DNA of 39,589 bases from a bacterium (GCA_021814545.1 JAKAID010000001.1:1-39589); one strand, 5' to 3'; counted from the first letter of the stretch, positions 20,601 through 28,270 are shown. Made by a program: numbers and translations. Notes: generated from the letters alone by a model not told the origin.

Positions 20601-21338
20601 AAGAAATCAAAGAAGGGCAAGGCGCACGATGTCGATGAGTATCTCGTCCCGGGCTCCATCAACATTTTGGTGAAAGAAGGCGATGAGGTGAAGAAGGGCG
20701 ACCCCCTCACCGAGGGTCCGCTCGACCTTCGCGAGCTCCTCGCGTTCCGCGGCCTTGAGGCAGTGGAGCACTACATCATTAATGAAGTGCAAAAAATTTA
20801 TGTGCCGCAGGGTTCCTCCATCAACGATAAGCACATTGAGATAATCGTGAGGCAAATGCTCTCGCGCATTACGGTCATGGAGGCGGGCGATTCCGACTAT
20901 ATGCCCGGCGATGTTGCTGAAAAGGGGCAGTTCATCATGGCGAACCGCACTATCCGCGAAAAGAAGGGTTCTATTGCGAAGGGTTTGCTGAAGGTCCTTG
21001 GTATTACCCGTGTAGCGCTCAGCTCTTCAAGCTTCCTCTCCGCCGCGTCCTTCCAGGAGACGAGCCGCGTGCTCGTGAGCGCTGCCGTCGAGGGGAAAAT
21101 CGATCCTCTGCGCGGCTTGAAGGAGAACGTCATCATCGGCAAGCTTGTTCCCGCGGGAACGGGACTTCACGGTATTGCGCAAGATCTTTTGAAGCCGTGG
21201 AAGCTTGAGGCGGTGAAGCCGGTCGAAGCATCCGATATTGCGGAGGCAAAGGAAGAAATGACGCCGAAGTCGGTCGTCGCCGAACTTCCCGCAGAAGGAA
21301 CAGGGCCGGCAAAAGAAGAAAAAGAGGGCGAAGAATAA
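17631..21338 (+). CDS. rpoC: RNA polymerase beta' subunit
   Basis: CYCGKY zinc finger, LLGKRVDYS, NADFDGD, GEPGTQLTM and SAASFQET. Confidence 0.99.
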   Translation: MDKNLDITNISVRLASPDEILNWSYGEVTKPETLNYRTQRPEKDGLFSERIFGPTKDYECYCGKYKKVRYKDVVCEKCGVEVTRAIVRRERMGHITLAAPVAHIWFLRTVPSKLGLLLDIAVSKLEKVVYYAAFIVTAVHDENRKRALETLQKEFKTLKSEKGQDLKSIEESAENLKQILMTLRPGLILTESEYFSLAERFGDVFEADRGAGALRKILEQLDLKVLVRRLKKELEEVRDENRLKRALRRLKLAQSFLDAGIRPEWMIMTILPVLPPELRPMVPLEGGRYATADLNDLYRRVINRNNRLKKLMELRSPEVIITNEKRMLQEAVDALIDNTARAGSQLLSTRRRPLRSLADMLKGKQGRFRQNLLGKRVDYSARSVIVVGPDLKLDECGLPKNMALELFRHFVINKIIERGLAFNIKQANRFIEQGSPEVWAILEEVIKNKRVLLNRAPTLHRLGIQAFKPLLTEDLAIRIPPLVCTAFNADFDGDQMAVHLPLTAEAQYEASEIMNASRNLLKPSSGDPIVSPTQDMVLGAYFLTHLVEGTKGEGKVFAHMAEAMFAYETGHIDINAKIKAPVNGVLTETSLGRLIFNSVLPADFEFVNAQLGKKELPKLVAKIVEKYGLEEAGAYINAIKDLGYAYATVSAITWSVNDMVAPPEKKAVIKEAEARVAEIESQYNDGLLTAKERRAKIIEIWDETREKVTKLIPASFKEGNPVYTIIDSGARGSWQQPAQMMGMKGLVINPQGETIELPVKSSFKEGFSVIEYFSSTHGARKGTTDTALKTATAGYLTRRLVDVAQDLIIREDDCGAEEGITLVRTEGDAYGYAFGDRLFSRVSLENIRIDRKLVVEAGEVISRDAAKAIQDSKIEKVVVRSPISCRSTTGICAKCYGLDLTKNKLVESGTAVGIIAAQSIGEPGTQLTMKTFHVGGITGVDITHGLPRVEEVFEARPPKGKAPLAKADGIVDAITEKGLARVITVKKSGPKKSKKGKAHDVDEYLVPGSINILVKEGDEVKKGDPLTEGPLDLRELLAFRGLEAVEHYIINEVQKIYVPQGSSINDKHIEIIVRQMLSRITVMEAGDSDYMPGDVAEKGQFIMANRTIREKKGSIAKGLLKVLGITRVALSSSSFLSAASFQETSRVLVSAAVEGKIDPLRGLKENVIIGKLVPAGTGLHGIAQDLLKPWKLEAVKPVEASDIAEAKEEMTPKSVVAELPAEGTGPAKEEKEGEE

Positions 21339-21339
21339 G

Positions 21340-21368
21340 TTGACGCAAGACCCCATTCTTGCTACTGT
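21340..21368 (+). promoter_or_regulatory. Sigma70-type promoter for rpsF-ssb-rpsR
   Basis: TTGACG-17nt-TACTGT with TG extension. Confidence 0.6.
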
Positions 21369-21380
21369 ATACACACTTCA

Positions 21381-21809
21381 ATGACCACTATGGAATTAGA
21401 AATGAGTGAACCGAAGACGCAGTACGAGCTTTCGTCGGTGACGATAAGCGAAGACGCGGCATCAGTAAAAGCGCTTCTTGCGAAACACAATGCGCAGGTA
21501 CTCAATGAGCGCCCGATGACGAAGGTCCAACTTGCGTACAAAATCGCAAAGCAGGGATACGGCTTCATGGGGACGGTCGAGTTTTTGGCCGATGCGTCCT
21601 CGGTCGCCGCACTTCGCGCCGACCTCGAGAGCGATGCTGATGTTATTCGTGCGATTGTCGTAAAAAAGGAAGAGTCTAAGAGAGACGGAGAGAGGGGCAC
21701 AAAGGAAGAGGCGAAGGGCCCGACCGGACCGCAGAAGCTTCGCAATATGCTCGGTTCCATGCTCACGAACGAGGCGCTTGAGAAGAAAATAGAGGAGATA
21801 TTACAATAA
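21381..21809 (+). CDS. rpsF: 30S ribosomal protein S6 (divergent, C-terminal extension)
   Basis: YEL...LAYKIAKQ..G...DVIRAIVVK pattern; canonical rpsF-ssb-rpsR order. Confidence 0.82.
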   Translation: MTTMELEMSEPKTQYELSSVTISEDAASVKALLAKHNAQVLNERPMTKVQLAYKIAKQGYGFMGTVEFLADASSVAALRADLESDADVIRAIVVKKEESKRDGERGTKEEAKGPTGPQKLRNMLGSMLTNEALEKKIEEILQ

Positions 21810-21815
21810 CTCTAT

Positions 21816-22274
21816 ATGAACCTGAACAAGGTATTCCTCATCGGCCGTCTTACGAGCGATCCTCAATTGAGGAGCACTCCCGGCGGTCAATCGGTGGCCT
21901 CATTTTCCATCGCGACTAACCGGACGTGGATGAACAAGTCAGGCCAGAAGCAGGAGGAAGTTCAGTTTCACAATATCGTGGCATGGGGTAGGCTCGCAGA
22001 GATCATGAATCAGTACATGAAAAAAGGAGGCATGGTGATGGTGGAGGGCAGGCTCCAGACAAGGAACTGGCAGGACAAGCAGGGCCAGAACCGCTCGACC
22101 ACTGAGATTATTGCTGAGCAGATACAGATGGGTCCACGCGCGGCGGGCGGAAGTTTCGGAGGAGGGCAGTCTGCGCCAAGCGCCTCCAAGGAACACTTCT
22201 CGCAGGAAACGAAAGAAGAGTTGCCGGAGATTAATATCGAAGAAGAGTTGAAGTCAGAGGATATACCATTTTAA
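21816..22274 (+). CDS. ssb: Single-stranded DNA-binding protein
   Basis: [19 protein letters not shown] and acidic C-terminal EDIPF. Confidence 0.98.
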   Translation: MNLNKVFLIGRLTSDPQLRSTPGGQSVASFSIATNRTWMNKSGQKQEEVQFHNIVAWGRLAEIMNQYMKKGGMVMVEGRLQTRNWQDKQGQNRSTTEIIAEQIQMGPRAAGGSFGGGQSAPSASKEHFSQETKEELPEINIEEELKSEDIPF

Positions 22275-22279
22275 TTCGT

Positions 22280-22486
22280 ATGAACAAGAAACAGTGCTCG
22301 TTCTGTTCGCAGAACACCAAAGAGATCGACTATAAAAATCCCGACCTTTTGAAGAGGTATATTTCGAGCCAGGCGAAAATCGTCGACCCTCGTCATACGG
22401 GGGTATGTGCAAAACATCAGCGCCAGTTGGCGCGCGCCATTAAGCGTGCCCGCGTGATGGGCCTTTTGCCGTTCACTCGCAAATAA
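22280..22486 (+). CDS. rpsR: 30S ribosomal protein S18 (zinc-binding type)
   Basis: [17 protein letters not shown] and AIKRAR..GLLPF. Confidence 0.97.
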   Translation: MNKKQCSFCSQNTKEIDYKNPDLLKRYISSQAKIVDPRHTGVCAKHQRQLARAIKRARVMGLLPFTRK

Positions 22487-22494
22487 TCTGCCCT

Positions 22495-23055
22495 ATGCCC
22501 GCGCTCGATCTTCCGCTTTTTCAGCTCGTGCATAGTTTCGTCGGGATTTCCTCGATCGTGGATTGGTCCGCGGTCGTAGTGGCACAATACCTACCCTATG
22601 CAGTAGCATGTTTTGTTTTATACATTATCTTGCAGGAGAAGGAGTGGAAGCGGAAAGTGTGGGCGTTCCTCGTACTCGCGTTCTCCCTTCTCGTTTCACG
22701 CGGATTCATCGTCGGCATTATCCACTATTTTTATGCCCGTCCGCGCCCTTTCCTCGCGCTCGGATTTGACCCGCTCTTTATTCATGAGAGCTCAAGCGCA
22801 TTCCCTTCGACGCATGCACTCGTGCTTACTACGCTCGCTTACGTGACCTTTATGTTCGACCGGCGTGCTGGTTGGTGGCTCTTCGGTTTCGCCCTCTTGA
22901 ATGGGCTTGCAAGAGTATACGCGGGCGTGCACTGGCCGCTTGATATCGTGGGTGGTATGGTGCTTGCGTTCGTATGCACTTGGGCTACGCTCAAACTTTT
23001 CCCCGAAGCCGCGTATCACACGAAGCATGAGGAGGCGTCTTCCTCGATTGACTAA
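22495..23055 (+). CDS. PAP2 family phosphatase (undecaprenyl-pyrophosphate phosphatase-like)
   Basis: RPRP, FPSTHA and ARVYAGVHWPLD motifs; multiple TM helices. Confidence 0.9.
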   Translation: MPALDLPLFQLVHSFVGISSIVDWSAVVVAQYLPYAVACFVLYIILQEKEWKRKVWAFLVLAFSLLVSRGFIVGIIHYFYARPRPFLALGFDPLFIHESSSAFPSTHALVLTTLAYVTFMFDRRAGWWLFGFALLNGLARVYAGVHWPLDIVGGMVLAFVCTWATLKLFPEAAYHTKHEEASSSID

Positions 23056-23075
23056 GCGCCCCTCTCGCCTATAGT
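23048..23075 (+). promoter_or_regulatory. Sigma70-type promoter, probably giving a leaderless mRNA
   Basis: TTGACT-16nt-TATAGT; GTG start 6 nt downstream. Confidence 0.5.
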
Positions 23076-23081
23076 TAATTT

Positions 23082-23354
23082 GTGGTTAATTGGGACGAAT
23101 TGCGCACATTCTTGGTAGAGCAAGGCATCACGAACGCTCGCATCGAGTTTTTCGGCGATTTTTTGCGCACCCTCTCGTTCGAAGAGCGGCAGATGATGAT
23201 GCGCATCATGGCAACCTATCCCGAAAAACTTCCATTCATGGCAGAAATTTTGGAAAAGAAACGTTCACTTGCGAAGCGGTTCGATCCGTCCCTCGCAAAG
23301 GAGGTCGCCGCGCGTGAGTTTCAGGAGCTCAAGAGGGCAGCAGAGGCGGATTAA
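23082..23354 (+). CDS. Hypothetical small helical protein
   Basis: 90-aa ORF filling the gap between promoter and next gene; plausible composition. Confidence 0.7.
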   Translation: MVNWDELRTFLVEQGITNARIEFFGDFLRTLSFEERQMMMRIMATYPEKLPFMAEILEKKRSLAKRFDPSLAKEVAAREFQELKRAAEAD

Positions 23355-23360
23355 TGCACT

Positions 23361-25262
23361 ATGGAATTTTTTAAGAAAAATCATGAAGAGGCTCCGTCGG
23401 AACCGCATGAGGCGATACGCGCTCCCGCGCAATTTGATGCGCTTGCGCATGAGGAGGAGGGGGTGATACGCGCAATGGCGCGCAAGGCTGGAAAGAGGCT
23501 TGCGCCGGTCGCCGCAGCACTTTCGCTTTTTGTTGGCGCATCGACTGCGTATGGCGCCGAAACGGTGGCGGCGCAAGCGGAAGAAGCGCCGACCGCAGAA
23601 ACACCCGCGCTCGTTGAGGAAGGCGTGAAGCCAAAGGAGGAGTCAAAATGGTTCGAGCGCATCTCGGTCGCGGTGAGCGCCCCCCTCGAACATCTGCCGA
23701 AATTACCAGGCAGTGATAGAGGACGATACGATCTTACCAGTGCGGAGACCCTTGCGGCAGAGACCGGATTTAAGAACGCTATTTACGCTTCGGCGAGCGC
23801 GAGCGAATATTTTACGAATCTTTCAAAAATCGATTACCTTAGCCCGCAGCAAAAGACGGATGTGTTAAAACGCATCGGGGATGTGCTTTACGAAACCTAC
23901 AACGAAGACATGGCTACGAAGAATGAGGCGGTTGCCGTTTCTGATGATGTTATGTTCAAATCGATAAAGACTCTTGTAGAAACGGGGAAGCGCATACCCT
24001 CCGGCATTTGCGGGAACATATCCGTATTCGTGGCGAAAGCGGCGCGCAGTATGGGGTTCGAGTCTTGGGTTCAGGATGTTTCCGCGAGCGGCGGAGGTGG
24101 GCACGTCATTGCCGGTCTTGTAGTTGATGGCGATAGCGGCAAAGAAATAGATTTTGTGAATGGGGGGAATCTCGTGCGGGCGGGGACGCTCAATTATCGG
24201 GATGCACTCGGCGTTTTTGAGCGAGATGAGGGGCGCGTGAATATGTTCGACTCGTTCGTCGCCAACGAGGAAAGGGTTCTCACCAAGGTGGAAAGCAAAG
24301 CGCAGTCGGTTGCTGAATCGTTCGTGGGTATTATGCCCACCCAGCGTGCCGCCGAAGAACTTTTGCGCGCCGGCGCCGTCGTAAAGAATTTCAATGGCCT
24401 TGAGGTCGGTCTTAGTCCTGAGGTGCACACCTTGAAACTCACTAAGGACCATATTGCGCTTCAATTCGCTAATTTTGAGAATGTCCGAAACGACCCCTAT
24501 CAATCATTGCGGAGCCTCAATTCGTTCAGCGGAACGCTCAATTTTCAGGGCGAGCAGTACAAGGTTGACCTTGATACCACGTTCCTCCATTTCTCGCTCG
24601 ACGGGCTTCACAACAACCGCGTCGATTTTTCTACCCTCGTGTCGCGGCTTTTTGCGGAGTATGTCGACAGCCGCACCCTCACCAAGGGAGCGTGGGGAGA
24701 ATTAAAGGCGGGTCTTGGCGCGACATTCCAAGGGGCGATGAATGTGCCGCTTGGCGAGCAAAACACATTTCTTGGTCTTAGATATCTCGGCGAGGCCGCG
24801 CTCGGCGCACAGCTTGTGTATCTTGACCCGCATCGCGTCGGTCAGTTCCATTTTGGCGCATCTGACCTTGCGCGCAGGCAAGACAGCGATGCCCAACGGC
24901 AAAAATTAACGATCGCGCGGCCCTCCACACGATTCAATGTCGGTGGAGACGTGAAGGTGGCGGACGGTCTTGTGCTCGGGTTTGATGCCACAAAGCAAAG
25001 AACGGATTGGGGGGGAGCGTTTGAGGCGGAGGTGCGTGCGAAGACAAAGTTTGGCGCGGCGGAATTCTCGTACCAAAAGGAGCATTCCGCGATGGAACGA
25101 TTCATCCCTTCGACCGAAACGCTCGGCGGGCAGCTTTCGTATACCGGTGACCCAAGGTTCGAGGTGCGCGTACTCGGCTTCAAAAAGACCGAGCAGTATA
25201 AAGACGCGACACCCCATACGGAGTATGAGGCGAAGGTGGTGGCGGTTCTGAGGTTCTATTAA
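23361..25262 (+). CDS. Exported protein: transglutaminase/papain-like domain plus beta-strand-rich (barrel-like) C-terminus
   Basis: Signal-like KRLAPVAAALSLFVGASTAYG; GICGNIS...GHVIAGL...IDFVN triad-like pattern; many amphipathic strands; ends LRFY. Confidence 0.7.
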   Translation: MEFFKKNHEEAPSEPHEAIRAPAQFDALAHEEEGVIRAMARKAGKRLAPVAAALSLFVGASTAYGAETVAAQAEEAPTAETPALVEEGVKPKEESKWFERISVAVSAPLEHLPKLPGSDRGRYDLTSAETLAAETGFKNAIYASASASEYFTNLSKIDYLSPQQKTDVLKRIGDVLYETYNEDMATKNEAVAVSDDVMFKSIKTLVETGKRIPSGICGNISVFVAKAARSMGFESWVQDVSASGGGGHVIAGLVVDGDSGKEIDFVNGGNLVRAGTLNYRDALGVFERDEGRVNMFDSFVANEERVLTKVESKAQSVAESFVGIMPTQRAAEELLRAGAVVKNFNGLEVGLSPEVHTLKLTKDHIALQFANFENVRNDPYQSLRSLNSFSGTLNFQGEQYKVDLDTTFLHFSLDGLHNNRVDFSTLVSRLFAEYVDSRTLTKGAWGELKAGLGATFQGAMNVPLGEQNTFLGLRYLGEAALGAQLVYLDPHRVGQFHFGASDLARRQDSDAQRQKLTIARPSTRFNVGGDVKVADGLVLGFDATKQRTDWGGAFEAEVRAKTKFGAAEFSYQKEHSAMERFIPSTETLGGQLSYTGDPRFEVRVLGFKKTEQYKDATPHTEYEAKVVAVLRFY

Positions 25263-25519
25263 AAGAACGAGATAAATACTTTGCGGAGGGCGGCTATTTC
25301 GTCCGAGTTCATTTCGTTCACGAGGTGCACTTCGAGTTCTTTGAATGCGTGCTCTATCTCGTGCGCGGCCACTTTTCCTTTCACTTTTCCGCGCATCATC
25401 TTTGTTATCACTGCTTTCTCGTGTTCGGAGAGTTTTTCCATTTTCACGAGGAACTCTCGCAACATTTTTGCGGTTTCTTTTGCGGGTTGCTTTTTGAAAA
25501 ATGATATCGGGTCGAACAT
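25259..25519 (-). CDS. Hypothetical protein (86 aa) downstream of tRNA-Leu
   Basis: MFDPISFFKK... Lys/Glu-rich helical ORF; ATG at 25519; stop overlaps the stop of the convergent gene. Confidence 0.7.
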   Translation of the reverse strand: MFDPISFFKKQPAKETAKMLREFLVKMEKLSEHEKAVITKMMRGKVKGKVAAHEIEHAFKELEVHLVNEMNSDEIAALRKVFISFF

Positions 25520-25533
25520 AACAGTTGCGGTTT

Positions 25534-25620
25534 TGGTGCCTAAGGTGGGACTCGAACCCACAAGACCGTAAGGTCATAGCATTTTGAGTGCTACGCGTAT
25601 GCCAGTTCCGCCACTTAGGC
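25534..25620 (-). tRNA. tRNA-Leu(CAA)
   Basis: GCCTAAG acceptor, anticodon arm TAGCA-CTCAAAA-TGCTA, long variable arm, GGTTCGAGTCC and encoded CCA. Confidence 0.97.
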
Positions 25621-25642
25621 AGTTTTTCTTTTTATGAACACA

Positions 25643-25671
25643 TTGAGGATGCCACAGAAATACGCTACAGT
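25643..25671 (+). promoter_or_regulatory. Putative sigma70 promoter for the structured leader and parA
   Basis: TTGAGG-17nt-TACAGT; predicted start near 25677 coincides with the left inverted repeat. Confidence 0.5.
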
Positions 25672-25676
25672 AAAGC

Positions 25677-25950
25677 AGAATCCACATCAATAATTCTTCC
25701 GACCGCGATATGAACAAAATTATGCACAATCAAGGAATGACGACGATGGCGTACCTATTGCGGTACGGTGAGGAGGAGATGACGCAGATGGTGCATAATT
25801 TTGCCATATCCCTTCGGGTTGCGGCGGTTTTTTCACCCTTCTTCGTTACGCCTCCTCGGAGTAGTCTCCGACTACACCATCGTCGGCAAGCCTCGCAGGT
25901 CGAAAAAACTGCCAGCAACGCGGGCAGGAAGAATTATTGATGTGGATTCT
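25677..25950 (+). ncRNA. Unknown 274-nt highly structured element (parA leader or ncRNA) with 24-bp perfect terminal inverted repeat
   Basis: AGAATCCACATCAATAATTCTTCC (25677-25700) / GGAAGAATTATTGATGTGGATTCT (25927-25950); internal stems 25715-25727/25791-25803 and 25818-25834/25902-25919; central CCC-TTC-GGG (cUUCGg-type) hairpin. The structure is directly visible; that it acts as RNA is inferred. Confidence 0.6.
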
Positions 25951-26868
25951 ATGACGAGGGTTATCGCCATTTGTAACCAGAAGGGGGGCGTGGGGAAGAC
26001 CACGACCGCGATGAATTTAGCGGCGTATTTGGCGATGAGCGGATATCGCACGCTTCTTATCGATTTTGACCCGCAGTTCAATGCGACCGTGGGGCTCGGT
26101 GTGCGGCATGGCGAGGACGAAACTATCTATCATGCGCTTCTTGCGGGCACCCCGCCCGAGCGCGCGATAAAGCCGACGCATCTTTCGGGGCTCCATATGG
26201 CGCCCGCGTCCGCGCATCTTGCGGGGGCGCTCATCGAGCTCGTGAACCAGCCGGGGCGCGAGTGGTATTTGCGGAACTTCGTCGACCAGGTGAGCCATTG
26301 GTATGATTTTATTCTCATTGATTTGCCGCCGAGCCTGAATCTTCTTACAGTGAACGGACTCCTTGCTGCGGGTGAGGTCATCATTCCCGTGCAATGCGAG
26401 TATTACAGTCTGGAGGGGTTGAGCCAGCTTTTACAAACCATCGACCTTATTCGCAACAACCTCGAGCACCCGCTCCAGGTCGGGGGCGCACTGCTCACCA
26501 TGTACGACAAGCGCGAGAAGCTCTCCCGCGAAGTCGCACGCGAGGTACGGCGCCGGTTTCCGCACCACGTATACGACGTAGAAATTCCCCGCTCGGTGAG
26601 CCTCGCCGAAGCGCCGAGTTTTCAAAAGCCAGTGGCGCTTCACGCTCCTTTGAGCACGGGCGCGCAAGCATATGAACGGCTTGCGCGCGAGGTGGCGGCG
26701 CAATTCAACGGCGTCGCGGTAATTGCGCAAGAAGTGCCCGGAGTGGCTTCGGACGCGCATCTTGCGGCGGAATCCGTTGTTCCTGAAGCATCTGTTCCCC
26801 ATGGAACGGTCGTGATAGAGGGCAATGACGACCTTCCTCCTCTCGTTCTTTTTTCTCGGGATGAGTGA
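25951..26868 (+). CDS. parA: Chromosome partitioning ATPase ParA/Soj
   Basis: NQKGGVGKTT deviant Walker A, DFDPQ, IDLPP, PVQCEYY and LAEAPS; low-complexity C-terminal tail. Confidence 0.96.
   Translation: MTRVIAICNQKGGVGKTTTAMNLAAYLAMSGYRTLLIDFDPQFNATVGLGVRHGEDETIYHALLAGTPPERAIKPTHLSGLHMAPASAHLAGALIELVNQPGREWYLRNFVDQVSHWYDFILIDLPPSLNLLTVNGLLAAGEVIIPVQCEYYSLEGLSQLLQTIDLIRNNLEHPLQVGGALLTMYDKREKLSREVAREVRRRFPHHVYDVEIPRSVSLAEAPSFQKPVALHAPLSTGAQAYERLAREVAAQFNGVAVIAQEVPGVASDAHLAAESVVPEASVPHGTVVIEGNDDLPPLVLFSRDE
26793..26808. promoter_or_regulatory. Degenerate parS-like site
   Basis: TGTTCCCCATGGAACG matches TGTTCCACGTGGAACA at 13/16 and lies in the non-conserved 3' tail of parA. Confidence 0.35.
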
Positions 26869-26880
26869 CACGAGGAATTG

Positions 26881-26909
26881 TTGACACCTCCCGATTGCGA
26901 TAATACTAT
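26881..26909 (+). promoter_or_regulatory. Near-consensus sigma70 promoter between parA and parB
   Basis: TTGACA-17nt-TACTAT. Confidence 0.75.
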
Positions 26910-26915
26910 TTTCAG

Positions 26916-27169
26916 TAGTTCGCAGTGCGCATCGAGCTTGGCAAGCGGCCGCACGGGCATCCGGCCGGAACTCGTTGCTCCAGCAAGCCGGGGGAGATGA
27001 GACTTGCGGACTAACGTATACGTTTTGCTAAAGCAGAGGTAGTGGGCGGTCCTTGGTATATTGGCGCAGCGTTCAAATCTCGAGTTGTTCTTTCTTTATT
27101 TATTTACACTCGAAATTTTTTGAATCGCATGCGCCGCCAACGGTCCGTTCGCCCTCTGTTTTAGTTTTT
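26916..27169 (+). ncRNA. Putative two-domain structured RNA of unknown family
   Basis: Begins at the predicted TSS. Domain 1 is closed by TAGTTCGCA/TGCGGACTA (26916-26924/27005-27013). Domain 2 is a rod 27028-27164 with several plus-strand G-U pairs, followed by TTTTT. Confidence 0.55.
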
Positions 27170-27213
27170 ACACACTTTTGCTTTTTGCGATTTCATAATA
27201 GAATTGAATTACT

Positions 27214-28266
27214 ATGTTAGGCCGTGGACTTGAATCGCTCATACCGAACAGCAGAGGCGAGAATGGCGCACCCCGGGTGCCGCCCGCGCACCAGGGGCAA
27301 CCCTCGACGTCTCATCCCCAGGCGCCCCAGCACAATCCGCACATTCCCCATGGCGTGCGGCCTGTTGAGTCGGTACGATCTTCGGCACCCATGCGCCCGC
27401 CCGAAGCTTCGATACATTTTTCGCATTTGCAGGAGCAGCCCGTCCAGCGCGAGGTTGCGCACGTGGCGAAACCAGAGCCTGAGCCGCAACATTCGGTTTT
27501 CCATATTGAGCTTGATAAGATAGCGCCCAACCCGTATCAACCGCGTCGTGAGTTCGACCAAACCGAACTTGAGGAGCTTGCGCAGTCCATTCGGGAATTC
27601 GGCGTGCTCCAGCCCATCATCGTTTCAAAAATAATCAAAGAGGCAGAATCTGGAGCCGAGGTGGAGTATCACATTATTGCCGGCGAACGCCGGTGGCGCG
27701 CTTCGAAGCTCGCGCGTCTTGAGCGCATTCCTGCAATCGTCAAAAAAGTGGACACGGGCCGCGCGAAGCTCGAGCTCGCGCTTTTGGAGAACATTCAGCG
27801 AAGCAATCTGAATCCGCTCGAAGCGGCGCGCGCGTATGCGCGGCTTCAAGATGAGTTCGGACTTACCCAGCGTGAGATCGCGACACGCATCGGCAAGAGC
27901 CGCGAAGCGGTCGCGAACGCGATGCGATTGCTGAATCTCCCTTCGCAGATCCAGGATGCACTGGCGCTTGGGAAGCTTTCTGAATCGCAGGGGCGCGCAC
28001 TTCTTTCGGTGCATGACCCCGCAGAACAGCTGCGCATGTTCGATGACCTGTTGAATAAAAAAACCACCGTGCGAGTGATGAAAGATATGGCAACCGCAAC
28101 CGCGGAGGACCCGCAGCGGAAGTATTGGGAGGGTCAGCTTGAAGAGCGAATCGGCGCGCCGGTGAAGATAAAGCGGCAGGGTGGCGGGGGTACTATCGGT
28201 ATTCAGTATTACTCGAGCGAGGAGCTTCAGGGCATCCTTCAGCGCCTTATAGGTGACGGCATGTAG
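27214..28266 (+). CDS. parB: Chromosome partitioning protein ParB/Spo0J
   Basis: LGRGL ParA-binding N-terminus, NPYQPR, GVLQPI, AGERRWRA CTP motif, LLENIQR and HTH LTQREIA..GKSR. Confidence 0.96.
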   Translation: MLGRGLESLIPNSRGENGAPRVPPAHQGQPSTSHPQAPQHNPHIPHGVRPVESVRSSAPMRPPEASIHFSHLQEQPVQREVAHVAKPEPEPQHSVFHIELDKIAPNPYQPRREFDQTELEELAQSIREFGVLQPIIVSKIIKEAESGAEVEYHIIAGERRWRASKLARLERIPAIVKKVDTGRAKLELALLENIQRSNLNPLEAARAYARLQDEFGLTQREIATRIGKSREAVANAMRLLNLPSQIQDALALGKLSESQGRALLSVHDPAEQLRMFDDLLNKKTTVRVMKDMATATAEDPQRKYWEGQLEERIGAPVKIKRQGGGGTIGIQYYSSEELQGILQRLIGDGM

Positions 28267-28270
28267 CGCA

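Noticed and set aside
25710-25940. 76-aa ORF, and the 50-aa N-terminal extension of parA from 25801
   Set aside because: Both lie wholly within the palindromic element and resemble no known protein; ParA homology begins at ATG 25951. A leader peptide cannot be fully excluded.
25677-25950. Retron msr-msd or IS110 bridge RNA
   Set aside because: The topology is superficially similar, but there is no reverse transcriptase or recombinase in the window.
26916-27169. SRP RNA, tmRNA, RNase P or c-di-GMP riboswitch identity
   Set aside because: No CAGG-GNRA-AGCAG, no tRNA-like ends, no GAGGAAAGTCC and no GEMM core visible.
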